In this document: positions 1 to 8,219 of the stretch, piece after piece | Position numbering within the stretch: position 1 is the stretch's first letter | Layout of the letters: every line of letters starts with the position of its first letter | From: Candidatus Sigynarchaeum calidifontis | Lineage (GTDB): Archaea > Asgardarchaeota > Lokiarchaeia > Sigyniarchaeales > Sigyniarchaeaceae | Reading direction: 5' to 3' | Assembly (NCBI GenBank): GCA_030587475.2 | Contig: JAUQYZ020000037.1 | Coordinates: 1 to 12,345 of the forward strand | Length of the DNA stretch: 12,345 nt | Made by a program: the position numbers and the translations under genes | Notes under the pieces: model-generated | Database searches by the model: none | Told to the model about the DNA's origin: nothing | Seen by the model: the letters and a program-made list of their open reading frames with translations, nothing else

Positions 1-533
1 TATATCGCGTCGGCACGGGCTTCACGCGAATCCCGGCGAGCGCGCTCCCTCCTTGGTACCAGCAGCAACCAGCGATGTCGCCCGGTCGCGTCCCTGGCAC
101 CTATTTGCAGCCAGCCCAGCCGTCCTCGGCACCCCAACCCGCGTACTTCCGGTACCAGCCGAGCCAGGCTCTCTACAACCGCGACGCGGCCATCCAGGGC
201 TCGCCCCCGCCCGACCCGCTTGCCAACGCGACGGGCATCCAGGGACAGATCATCCGGCGGAACCAGGATTTCTTGCACGTCCTTGATAGCGATTCGCCAG
301 GGCAACAGCGAGGGCAGCAATCGCAAGCACAAGAACAACCCGCCACGGCATCGCCGGCGATCGCGCCGTCGCGCCTGACGATGGCGCCGCCACCACCGCG
401 CGCTAACCCGATGGTTGCCGCCGCGGGAGGCACGGCCGGCTCGCCAGGACGGTGTAAATATTGCATGGCCGAGCTGCCGTCCACGAACACGGGCAAGTGT
501 CCTGGTTGCGGCGCGGCGCTCCTGTCGTTTTAA
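1..533 (+). CDS. Partial (5'-truncated) P/Q/A-rich low-complexity protein with C-terminal zinc ribbon
   Basis: The frame is open from position 3 (YRVGTGFTRIPASALPPWYQQQPAMSPG...) through the 75..533 ORF to TAA. It ends in CKYC-x10-CPGC, a zinc-ribbon pattern, after a long disordered-looking linker. The real start is probably upstream of the window. Confidence 0.75.
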   Translation, partial: YRVGTGFTRIPASALPPWYQQQPAMSPGRVPGTYLQPAQPSSAPQPAYFRYQPSQALYNRDAAIQGSPPPDPLANATGIQGQIIRRNQDFLHVLDSDSPGQQRGQQSQAQEQPATASPAIAPSRLTMAPPPPRANPMVAAAGGTAGSPGRCKYCMAELPSTNTGKCPGCGAALLSF

Positions 534-566
534 CACGCGCGACTTGCCCGCGTTTCCCCCAGTTCC

Positions 567-1064
567 TTATTTATATGACACGAGATCGGCGAGGGCTTTC
601 CTTGACGTTGGCTTCGGGATGCTAGCGGGATAGCCGATGGGCAAGATTGTCGTGATCACCTCGTCCTTGCCCAGGCCGAGCAATTTTGCTGCCTTATCCC
701 GGTCCATCGAGCCGATCCAGCACGTGCCGAGGCCCAGCGCCCACGCCATGAGGCAAGCCTGGTGGGCGCACATGCTGCTATCGTGGATGTACCATTTCGG
801 CGCGTCCCGCTGGTTTGCCACGATGGCGATGACGACGGGCGCTTGCTCGATGAAATTTCCGTAGGTAGCACACTTGCATAGCGCTTTTATGATTTCCTTG
901 CTCTTGATGACGATAAATCGCCACGGTTGCTTGTTGCTCGCCGACTGGCACCACCTGGCAGCTTCCAGGATCGTGGTGATCGCCTCGTCTGGCACGGCGT
1001 CGGGTTTAAATGCACGTATTGACCTGCGCTCCTTCATGAGCGCCAGCAAGTCCTCTGGATTCAT
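567..1064 (-). CDS. Nitroreductase family protein (FMN-dependent NAD(P)H oxidoreductase)
   Basis: 165 aa with RRSIR FMN-binding motif, SASNKQPWRF, LGLGTCWIG and C-terminal PIGYP, all typical of the family. Confidence 0.95.
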   Translation of the reverse strand: MNPEDLLALMKERRSIRAFKPDAVPDEAITTILEAARWCQSASNKQPWRFIVIKSKEIIKALCKCATYGNFIEQAPVVIAIVANQRDAPKWYIHDSSMCAHQACLMAWALGLGTCWIGSMDRDKAAKLLGLGKDEVITTILPIGYPASIPKPTSRKALADLVSYK

Positions 1065-1136
1065 AGACTAACATGATCCACGAAATCCTAATTAGCATTT
1101 CGCCTCCCGGGGTAGAACATGATCTTCACCACGGGC

Positions 1137-1682
1137 TCATTTCCGCTCGTAAAAAAACAGTGAATGCTTGCTGCCATCGATCTCGACGCTTTCCTCGTGT
1201 CTTAACGAGAGCACGCTGTCCAGCTGGTCGAGCGGGTACTTGTACGAAAAAATCGTGGCACCATAGCGAGCCGTCAAAAAGACGTGATTGAGAAACCGCT
1301 GAACGTTGGGTAGCGTGAATATGAAAATGAAATCATAGTACCCGAGGTCATGATCGAAAAGATCCCCCTTCCAGACGTATGCATTCTTGAGCTTTTCCCT
1401 CCGGATCGCTTTCTTTGCGATCCTGACCATGGCATCGTTGATCTCGATGCCAAACGACGCGATTCCGAAGGTACGCGCGCAGTACATGACCACCTCGCCG
1501 GTGCCGGCGCCGAGATCGATGAATGTTTGTCCCGATCCCCGCGTCAAGCCGAATCCCATCTCGAGAACAGAAAAACCGGCCCGGATAGCTGCGGCTGGCG
1601 TGGGCGCGTATGGCAATTCGGCCTGCGACACGATATCGTAGTACCGGGCATGGTGACGCCACGCGAAGATGGAGGGGCTCAT
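1137..1682 (-). CDS. Class I SAM-dependent methyltransferase, resembling the aKMT/FAM173 protein-lysine methyltransferase group
   Basis: PYAPTP pre-motif, motif I FIDLGAGTG, post-I GIEIN, GDLF and YDFIFIF. The start codon is uncertain. Confidence 0.88.
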   Translation of the reverse strand: MSPSIFAWRHHARYYDIVSQAELPYAPTPAAAIRAGFSVLEMGFGLTRGSGQTFIDLGAGTGEVVMYCARTFGIASFGIEINDAMVRIAKKAIRREKLKNAYVWKGDLFDHDLGYYDFIFIFTLPNVQRFLNHVFLTARYGATIFSYKYPLDQLDSVLSLRHEESVEIDGSKHSLFFYERK

Positions 1683-1689
1683 CGGTTCA

Positions 1690-2466
1690 TCACGGGGGCA
1701 CGTGTGCTTGGATAAACTTTATGGACTCCTCAATGAAGCAAGCCAGTTCCGTCCCTTTAAAGTCGTGCGTCGCGCCGGGCACCTCGACAAGCTTGTGGTG
1801 ATCGTCGCGGGGCATGTGGGCGAATGCAGCGCGGGTCCACTCGGGGTGCACCGCGCGATCGGCGAGGCCTTGCACGATCAGCGACGGTGTCTCGAAATTC
1901 GATAAAATGCCATCGATCTTGGGGATCACGTTCTCGATGTCCTCGAAGAACTTGCGGTTCACGATGATGTACCCGGACACGGCGCTTATCTTGAGATGCC
2001 GGCCGAATGCTGTCGCCATCTTGCCGAGGAGGAGCTTCGCCTTCCCGATGCTCTTGTGCATGTACAGCGCGGGAGCCCAGAAAACGGCGACCGAGCGACC
2101 GGGCAAGTTTGCGAGTAACGACGTGAGCCCGCCGAATGACAAGCCGATCGTGGCGATTCGCGTGTAATTTTGCTTCCGCGCCCATTGGTAGACATCCTCG
2201 AGATCGGACACTTGCTTCGACAGCATCACGGGCTTGCGGGGGTTCTCGCCGCAACCGGTGAAATCGAAGAACAGCGCGTCGATGCCCGACCGTCCCAGCG
2301 CGGCCGCCGCCTCCGGGAAACGGCCCCACTCCTGGCGATCGCCCCTGAAACCGTGGCAGAGGATAGCAATGGGCCGCCTGCCCGTGCTAGTTCCCGTCGT
2401 CTCGAGCCAGTCGGCATGCAATTTCTCGCCATCCCTTGCCTCGATCGTGATTGTCTTGGTGTCCAT
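1690..2466 (-). CDS. Alpha/beta fold hydrolase (esterase-like)
   Basis: HGF oxyanion motif, FDFTGCGE, nucleophile elbow GLSFGG, Asp in QGLADRAV and His in GATHDF give a complete Ser-Asp-His triad. Confidence 0.93.
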   Translation of the reverse strand: MDTKTITIEARDGEKLHADWLETTGTSTGRRPIAILCHGFRGDRQEWGRFPEAAAALGRSGIDALFFDFTGCGENPRKPVMLSKQVSDLEDVYQWARKQNYTRIATIGLSFGGLTSLLANLPGRSVAVFWAPALYMHKSIGKAKLLLGKMATAFGRHLKISAVSGYIIVNRKFFEDIENVIPKIDGILSNFETPSLIVQGLADRAVHPEWTRAAFAHMPRDDHHKLVEVPGATHDFKGTELACFIEESIKFIQAHVPP

Positions 2467-2497
2467 AATCGATCAGTCCTGGATTACGATGGTGCGG

Positions 2498-2518
2498 CAT
2501 TAAAATTGTTTTAAACAA
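2498..2518. promoter_or_regulatory. Back-to-back TATA-like boxes of a divergent promoter (hydrolase / GH3) with an overlapping palindrome
   Basis: AT-rich island in GC-rich DNA. TTTTAAA (+, 2509-2515) lies ~30 bp before the GH3 ATG. TTTTAATG (-, 2498-2505) lies ~32 bp before the hydrolase ATG. Palindrome TTGTTT-T-AAACAA at 2506-2518. Confidence 0.55.
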
Positions 2519-2545
2519 CGGGCGGGAATATCTCAATCGAGCATC

Positions 2546-4621
2546 ATGGCAAAAGAACCCGTCAAGTCAGTAGAATGGAGCACTTTGCGCGATCTCGGAG
2601 CGGAAGAGGTTGAGGTGCATGCCAAACGAATTCTCGATACAATGACGCTGCTGCAAAAGCTCAACCAGCTCACCGGCAACTGGAATCTGCTGCAAGCAGC
2701 GCCCATGCTCGTACGGTATAATTCGAAACCGATCCCGGCCGGAAAAGACGACAAGCTGGGCATTCCAGGCGTGTTGTTCACCGACGGCCCGCGCGGCGTC
2801 GTGATGGGAGCGTCGACTTGCTTTCCCGTGTCCATGGCCCGCGGTGCCACGTGGGACCCTGCATTGGAGGAGCGCGTGGGTCGTGCTATCGCCGTGGAAG
2901 CCCGGGCTCAAGGTGCGAACTTTTTCGCTGGGGTCTGCATCAATCTCTTGCGCCATCCAGGTTGGGGTCGAGCCCAGGAGACATATGGCGAAGATCCTTT
3001 CTTGCTTGGCGTGATGGGCTCCGCACTCGCACGTGGCGTGCAATCACGAGGGGTCATGGCCTGTGCCAAGCACTATGCGTGCAACAGCATGGAGAACATG
3101 CGCTTCAAGGTTAATGTCAAGATCGATGACCGCACGCTCCACGAGGTATATTTACCACACTTCAAGCGCTGCGTGGATGAAGGAATTGCCGCGATCATGA
3201 GTGCCTACAACAAGGTTAACGGGGTGCATTGCGGGCACAACACGATGTTATTACGCGAGATATTGAAAGGGACATGGGGTTTCAAGGGATTCGTGATGAG
3301 TGACTTCCTCTGGGGCATCAGGGACGGCGAGGCCGCGCTCAAGGGCGGGCTGGACATCGAGATGCCGCTACGAATGCACATGAAACCGAAAAAGATGGCA
3401 AAATTCGTCGCCGCGGGCAAGATCGATCTCGCCCTCGTGGATGATGCCGTGCTCCGCATCTTGCGCCAGCAACTTCGCTTCAATACGACGATGGATCCGG
3501 CATCATTTGGCAAGGAAAAGGTCGGATGCCCGGAACATGTTGCACTGGCACGTGAAGTGGCACAAAAATCAATTGTCCTTCTCAAGAATGACAAGCACAC
3601 GCTACCATTTAGCATGGAAGAGATCAAGCAACTCGCGGTGTTCGGAAAGATAGCCAGAATGGCCAATATCGGCGATCACGGATCGAGCCGTGTCCATCCC
3701 CGCCGGGTCGTGACGCCGCTTGATGGCTTGAAAGCCCTCGTGGGCGACCGGATCAGGGTTGTCCATGACGATGGCAAGAGCGTGACAAGGGCATCGCAAA
3801 TCGCCAGCCAGAGCGATGCTTGCGTGGTGCTCGCGGGTTGCACGTGGAAGGATGAAGGCGAATACATTGCATCTTCAGGCGGCGACCGAGCATCGCTCGA
3901 GCTGCATCCCGCGGACGTGGCGATAATCCAGGCAATCATCTCGGCAAATGAAAAATGCGCTCTCGTGCTCGAGGGCGGGAGCGCCTTCATCACCGAGAAT
4001 GTCCGCGACGTCGTGCCCGCCATGCTGATGGCGTGGTACCCCGGCATGGAAGGCGGCGCTGCCATCGCGGACATCGTCTTCGGCAAGGTCAACCCGAGTG
4101 GTAAATTGCCGGTGACCTTCCCTAAATCGACCGACCAGTTACCGTTCTTCGACATGTGGGCAAGGGAGATCGATTACGGCTATTACCACGGGTATCGATT
4201 GCTTGACAAGAAAGGGGCGCATCCAGCTTTTCCCTTCGGCCACGGGGAGAGCTATACCACCTTTCAACTTGCAAATCCACGTCTTGATTCGGATCGCGTG
4301 AGATCAAGCGGGACGATAACCGCGCTCGTCGACGTTCGAAACACGGGCATTCGGGCGGGCGATGAAATCGTTCAGGTATATGTTGGTTACGACGCGCCGG
4401 CACTCGACCGGCCGGTCAAGGAATTAAAGGGGTTCTCGAGGATCCACGTCGAACCGGGCGAGTCGCGAACAGTGTCAATACAAGTCGCTGCGAAGGATCT
4501 CGCGTACTTTGATCCTTCGTTGAAGACGTGGAAGCACGATTCTTGCAAGCATGCTGCATACATCGCAACATCCTCGGACACGAGCGGGATCTCCCCGATC
4601 GAGTTCATTATCGAGCCATGA
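2546..4621 (+). CDS. Glycoside hydrolase family 3 (beta-glucosidase/beta-xylosidase-like) with C-terminal Fn3-like domain, probably cytoplasmic
   Basis: DGPRG, WGRAQETYGEDP, KHY, IMSAYN, nucleophile motif VMSDF, SIVLLKN, WYPGMEGG, NPSGKLPVTF, FPFGHGESYT and EIVQVY...RPVKELKGF. No signal peptide is evident. Confidence 0.97.
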   Translation: MAKEPVKSVEWSTLRDLGAEEVEVHAKRILDTMTLLQKLNQLTGNWNLLQAAPMLVRYNSKPIPAGKDDKLGIPGVLFTDGPRGVVMGASTCFPVSMARGATWDPALEERVGRAIAVEARAQGANFFAGVCINLLRHPGWGRAQETYGEDPFLLGVMGSALARGVQSRGVMACAKHYACNSMENMRFKVNVKIDDRTLHEVYLPHFKRCVDEGIAAIMSAYNKVNGVHCGHNTMLLREILKGTWGFKGFVMSDFLWGIRDGEAALKGGLDIEMPLRMHMKPKKMAKFVAAGKIDLALVDDAVLRILRQQLRFNTTMDPASFGKEKVGCPEHVALAREVAQKSIVLLKNDKHTLPFSMEEIKQLAVFGKIARMANIGDHGSSRVHPRRVVTPLDGLKALVGDRIRVVHDDGKSVTRASQIASQSDACVVLAGCTWKDEGEYIASSGGDRASLELHPADVAIIQAIISANEKCALVLEGGSAFITENVRDVVPAMLMAWYPGMEGGAAIADIVFGKVNPSGKLPVTFPKSTDQLPFFDMWAREIDYGYYHGYRLLDKKGAHPAFPFGHGESYTTFQLANPRLDSDRVRSSGTITALVDVRNTGIRAGDEIVQVYVGYDAPALDRPVKELKGFSRIHVEPGESRTVSIQVAAKDLAYFDPSLKTWKHDSCKHAAYIATSSDTSGISPIEFIIEP

Positions 4622-4655
4622 ACCGCTGATTCCCTTGAAAATCAAGCATCGACAA

Positions 4656-6224
4656 TCAATCGGCCGCTTCGAAGTACACGTAGCGTTTCTTGAGCCCGTC
4701 GATGCGCAATTCCGGGTGCTTGCGCTTCGCTTTTTCCACGAGTTGCATGACCTCGAAACGGTCGATTTTCATGACAGTGGCCAGGTTGTCGTAGATCGAG
4801 TCGAGCAAGTATGGTTGCTCGCGGCGGATATATTCTTCCCGGAGATAGTCCCGAATAAAATCCAGCCTGATGTGATCGGCTTTGGACACGGTCTCGTGCA
4901 CGCGGAAGTACACGCCGAACTTTTTGCTCGAGAAAAGGAGTACCGAGAAGAACAGTGCAGCCATGACGAAGAGATTGACCAGGACATATTGGCCGTTCAA
5001 GACCCACTTGCTGATTTCTTCGAAGCCCGTGGGTAATCCCCTGGTTTGCAAGTACCGGATGCCGAACTGCCCCGCCAGCGCCGCGTAGATGAACATGATG
5101 AACGCGTGCTTGTTGAGGGGGCCGAACCTGTATTCAGTTCGCTTCCCGACGGATCGCATGGCCATCACGAGCAAAACGAGCGTGAAGATCAAGTCGCCCC
5201 ATAAAAATGCCTGGCTGATCCAATCATTCCCGCCCCCGCTGGTGCCAGTGTTCAACTGCGGCAAGAGGAAGTAGAGCGTGAAGTTGAAGAGGATGTACGG
5301 GTACATGGACAAGATGGTCATCATCACGACCAGGTTGTCGAAGCACTTCTGGCGCCGGTTCTGGCTCGCGAACGCGGCGAGTGATGGAAATATGCAGAAG
5401 ACCACCACCGCGATGGTGAAGTAATAGATCCAGTCCCGCCACGATTGCGGCACGGTGACTCCTCCCGGCATGTTCGGAACCACGATGTCCAGGAAGAGCT
5501 TGTACCCGTAATACAAGCATGCGATGACGACGATGACGAGGTACGGGGCGAACAAGGCGAACGCGTAGGCGCCCTTGCTTTTCCGCCGCGTGAATCGCCC
5601 CTCGACCCGCGTTCCCGAACGACGGGCCGCCGTGAAAAGCGCGAGTGCTTGGAAAAAAATCCATACGGTCGCGCCGGCTATTAGGATGTAGATGGCTATA
5701 CCTCCGCTGCCGAGATCGATGCCCGAGATGCTCAAAAAGATCACGACGAGTTTCAGCACCTGGATGAACACGGTGAATAATGCAAAGAAGAGCAGGACTT
5801 GCAACGTGATGCGCTTGATCTTTCGACCGGTGAACAGCGCATTAGCGAATCTCTTCCGCGTGGCGAGCAATGATACCACCAGGAAAGTGAGCACGTACGC
5901 GCCCGAGATGTACAAGGCTTGGATACCGATGAAATTCGAGAAGGGCGGGGACGGGAAGCTGATGATGAAATCGAACGCATCCCTCAAGACCGGAACGTCC
6001 TGAACGGGCGTGCGTAGCACGTCCAGAACTGCCTGGTACACGTCCGTCCCGCCGAATAAATTAAGCGTCGAGGCGACGTTGAGAATTAATACGGAGATCG
6101 CGAAGAACGCGAGGAACATGAAGGAGAAGAAGCCAAGCCGAATCGGGAAAAGGCGGGGCAGTTTCTCGGAGGCGAGTTCTTGCTCGCTGATCGTCTCCTC
6201 CTGGATTTCGGGTTCGTCGGCCAT
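4656..6224 (-). CDS. Hypothetical polytopic membrane protein (~10 TM segments) with a soluble C-terminal domain
   Basis: ORF 4656..6230 starts at GTG; the in-frame ATG at 6224 (MADEPEIQEE) is preferred. About 10 hydrophobic segments are followed by ~85 charged C-terminal residues. No family recognised. Confidence 0.85.
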   Translation of the reverse strand: MADEPEIQEETISEQELASEKLPRLFPIRLGFFSFMFLAFFAISVLILNVASTLNLFGGTDVYQAVLDVLRTPVQDVPVLRDAFDFIISFPSPPFSNFIGIQALYISGAYVLTFLVVSLLATRKRFANALFTGRKIKRITLQVLLFFALFTVFIQVLKLVVIFLSISGIDLGSGGIAIYILIAGATVWIFFQALALFTAARRSGTRVEGRFTRRKSKGAYAFALFAPYLVIVVIACLYYGYKLFLDIVVPNMPGGVTVPQSWRDWIYYFTIAVVVFCIFPSLAAFASQNRRQKCFDNLVVMMTILSMYPYILFNFTLYFLLPQLNTGTSGGGNDWISQAFLWGDLIFTLVLLVMAMRSVGKRTEYRFGPLNKHAFIMFIYAALAGQFGIRYLQTRGLPTGFEEISKWVLNGQYVLVNLFVMAALFFSVLLFSSKKFGVYFRVHETVSKADHIRLDFIRDYLREEYIRREQPYLLDSIYDNLATVMKIDRFEVMQLVEKAKRKHPELRIDGLKKRYVYFEAAD

Positions 6225-6237
6225 TATCACGCGCCCC

Positions 6238-7479
6238 TCATTTCGAGCCCTTGGAATTGGCTCTCTCCCCCGTGGAACCAGAAACCTTGGCTTCCGGCGG
6301 CCGCTGTGCCCTACTCTCGGGAGCGACCGCCGATTGCAGCAGCATGAAGTCGGAAACTTCCGGAGGTGCTTGGGGCTGGGGCCATATCATCCCGCTGACG
6401 ATATCGTTGATCTTGTCTTCCGGCGGGAAGCCGTATTGCTTGGTAATCCATTCCTCTATGTTTTTAATGGAAATCGCAGCGATGTCCTTGAGCTCCGCGT
6501 CCTCCGTGTTCTTGGCAACTAGCTTCCAGCTCAGGTGCGAATTGAGCAAGTAAATGATGTTAAAGGTGTCGCTGGCGTATGCCCTCGCCAACGCGATTTG
6601 CTCGGCCAGCAGCTTCTCGAGCTTGAGGGCCTTCTTGATGCTCGAAAGCATCTCTCTTGCCCTGAGGAAATACTGGGTCGCCTTCATGTACTCGTAGGCC
6701 TCGACTTGCTGAATGCCGACCGTGATCGTGAGGCGTCCGAGACCGAACGCGAGGAGCTCGTTGTAATAATCGACTTCCCATTTCTCGGATCTGGCAAGAT
6801 TCGCCGAAAATGCCAGTTCCGTGCACATGTTCTTCAAATACTCGATCTTCTTGGCACCAAGCTTCTCGCCAGAAACCATGTCGTACCATCTCGCCGCGAT
6901 CGATTCGTGGAGCATGATAACAAGCTTCTTGAAGTCCTTGATGATCTTGGGGCCGGTCTCGTTCTCCAGCTTGAATTCCATACCCGCGCTCTTGATGATC
7001 TCGTCGATGCTGACGATCTTGTTCATGTCCATAAACTTGAGCAAGAGTTCTTGCATCCTCTGGATGGTGGCCGCGTCCTTCGTGCCTTGCATCCTGAGAT
7101 AGGTGACCTCCTCCACGGCCTTGTTGAGTGCCTTCATCTTGTCCTGGAAATCCGCCTTGATTTGCTTGACGCGCTGGGGCAGCGTCTCGAGTTCTTTTTG
7201 CTTCTCCTTCAAGCCCTTGATGGCCTCTTCCAGGTGATTCTTTACCTCTTCCAGCACGGCTTTCTTGTCTTTTTCTTTTTTCTTTTCCTTCTTGATTTCC
7301 TCGGAGCGCTGCTTCAAGCCGGCGATCGCTTTTTGATACTCTTGAATATCGTTCTTGATATGTTCCTTGCTGTATCCCTCGAAGTTCTCGTAATATTTTG
7401 CCACGCCTCTACTAACATCGGATTTCGTCCAGATCTTGCAAGCCTCGAAGAAATTTTCCTTGGATTTTTCGAAAACCAT
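6238..7479 (-). CDS. Hypothetical protein: N-terminal K/E-rich coiled coil and C-terminal all-helical region
   Basis: 413-aa ORF with an AGGTGA Shine-Dalgarno-like motif 9 nt upstream (7489-7494) and heptad-like K/E-rich residues ~35-150. It ends 7-13 bp before the next gene, implying an operon. Confidence 0.85.
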   Translation of the reverse strand: MVFEKSKENFFEACKIWTKSDVSRGVAKYYENFEGYSKEHIKNDIQEYQKAIAGLKQRSEEIKKEKKKEKDKKAVLEEVKNHLEEAIKGLKEKQKELETLPQRVKQIKADFQDKMKALNKAVEEVTYLRMQGTKDAATIQRMQELLLKFMDMNKIVSIDEIIKSAGMEFKLENETGPKIIKDFKKLVIMLHESIAARWYDMVSGEKLGAKKIEYLKNMCTELAFSANLARSEKWEVDYYNELLAFGLGRLTITVGIQQVEAYEYMKATQYFLRAREMLSSIKKALKLEKLLAEQIALARAYASDTFNIIYLLNSHLSWKLVAKNTEDAELKDIAAISIKNIEEWITKQYGFPPEDKINDIVSGMIWPQPQAPPEVSDFMLLQSAVAPESRAQRPPEAKVSGSTGERANSKGSK

Positions 7480-7502
7480 TGTTGCTGATCACCTGGAAGG
7501 GA

Positions 7503-7542
7503 ATTGTGATTCTCTATTCACAATCGGTTGTGAAGCATAAAA
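7503..7542 (-). promoter_or_regulatory. Putative promoter (TTTTATG) with an operator of three TTGTGA/TCACAA half-sites
   Basis: ATTGTGA-N8-TCACAAT (7503-7524) overlaps TTCACAA-N4-TTGTGAA (7517-7534). A minus-strand TATA-like TTTTATG is adjacent at 7536-7542. Confidence 0.55.
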
Positions 7543-7553
7543 CCATTCCTTGC

Positions 7554-8093
7554 CTATTTGGTCGGTGCGTGGGCGCTTTTGTGCGCGGCAGCCCATCGCG
7601 AGACGAAACATCTCGTGAAGTCGCGGATCTCCGTGATGACGGCGAGGTAATAGGGATCGGGCATCATGTACGGGTCCTCGATGTCGAGACTGGAGGGATG
7701 GAGCTCGTTCGCGCATAGCTCCTTGAGCGTGAACGTCTTGGACCTGATGGTAGGGATTTCGGGGAACTGGGATGCCATGAAGTCGCGCATGTATGTTTCC
7801 ATGACGATGATCAAGTCGAACTGGCTAGCCATGGCGGCCGTGACAGTGCGCGACACGTGACCGGAGATGTCATCGCCCCCCAGCTGCTTGACGAACGCGA
7901 TGCTCTGTGGCTGCGCGCCCGTGAACGCGTGGTTCATGCCCGCCGACTCGATGCGCAGTTGCTTGAACAGCTCTGGGGGGAACATGTCGCGAGCAAATTT
8001 TCGCGCCAAGCCCTCGGCGGCGGGCGAGCGGCACGTGTTGCCAAGGCACACGAAGAGGATGCTCTTGACACCTTTCAAGTCGATGGTGGCCAT
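7554..8093 (-). CDS. Low-molecular-weight phosphatase (LMW-PTP / arginine phosphatase family)
   Basis: P-loop ILFVCLGNTCRSPAAE (C-x5-R), ESAG, FDLIIVME and general-acid motif DIEDPY. ATG at 8093 is preferred over the GTG at 8120. Confidence 0.93.
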   Translation of the reverse strand: MATIDLKGVKSILFVCLGNTCRSPAAEGLARKFARDMFPPELFKQLRIESAGMNHAFTGAQPQSIAFVKQLGGDDISGHVSRTVTAAMASQFDLIIVMETYMRDFMASQFPEIPTIRSKTFTLKELCANELHPSSLDIEDPYMMPDPYYLAVITEIRDFTRCFVSRWAAAHKSAHAPTK

Positions 8094-8189
8094 GACTGGT
8101 GACCTTGCGCGCGCCTGCACGAATGATCCGAAATTACGGGGAAGTGCAGAGGGCGGGGTTCGAACCCGCGAACTCCTTCGAGAAGGGAT

Positions 8190-8219
8190 TTCAAATCGAT
8201 TCGTAATTGAAATCCGGAT
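8190..8219 (-). other. tRNA intron 3 (30 nt, anticodon arm, position 37/38 to 41/42 ambiguous)
   Basis: Removing 30 nt restores the anticodon stem AGGGA/TCCCT. A flanking ATCC repeat makes the boundary ambiguous. The best 4-bp central helix (UUAA/UUGA) is at 38/39; the canonical 37/38 register has two U-U mismatches. Confidence 0.75.

Noticed and set aside
7261-7293. T-rich run resembling an archaeal terminator
   Set aside because: It is the reverse complement of the Lys/Glu codons (KKEKKKEKDKK) inside the coiled-coil gene.
6535-7488. 317-aa plus-strand ORF
   Set aside because: Antisense shadow of the 413-aa gene; no motifs, and expected in GC-rich DNA.
7554-8093. Arsenate reductase ArsC, suggested by proximity to copA
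   Set aside because: The P-loop is CLGNTCRS with DPY, and the resolving cysteine pair of thioredoxin-coupled ArsC is absent.
8145-8189. tRNA 3' end as an integration (att) site of a mobile element
   Set aside because: No duplicate of the tRNA 3' end and no integrase or transposase seen in the window.
8190-8219. Reading the gene as tRNA-Ser(TGA) or tRNA-Sec (GGATTTCAA in the intron)
   Set aside because: The body has Leu identity (A73, short CTC/GAG variable arm, 7/5 fold), and no BHB register supports those products as the primary call.
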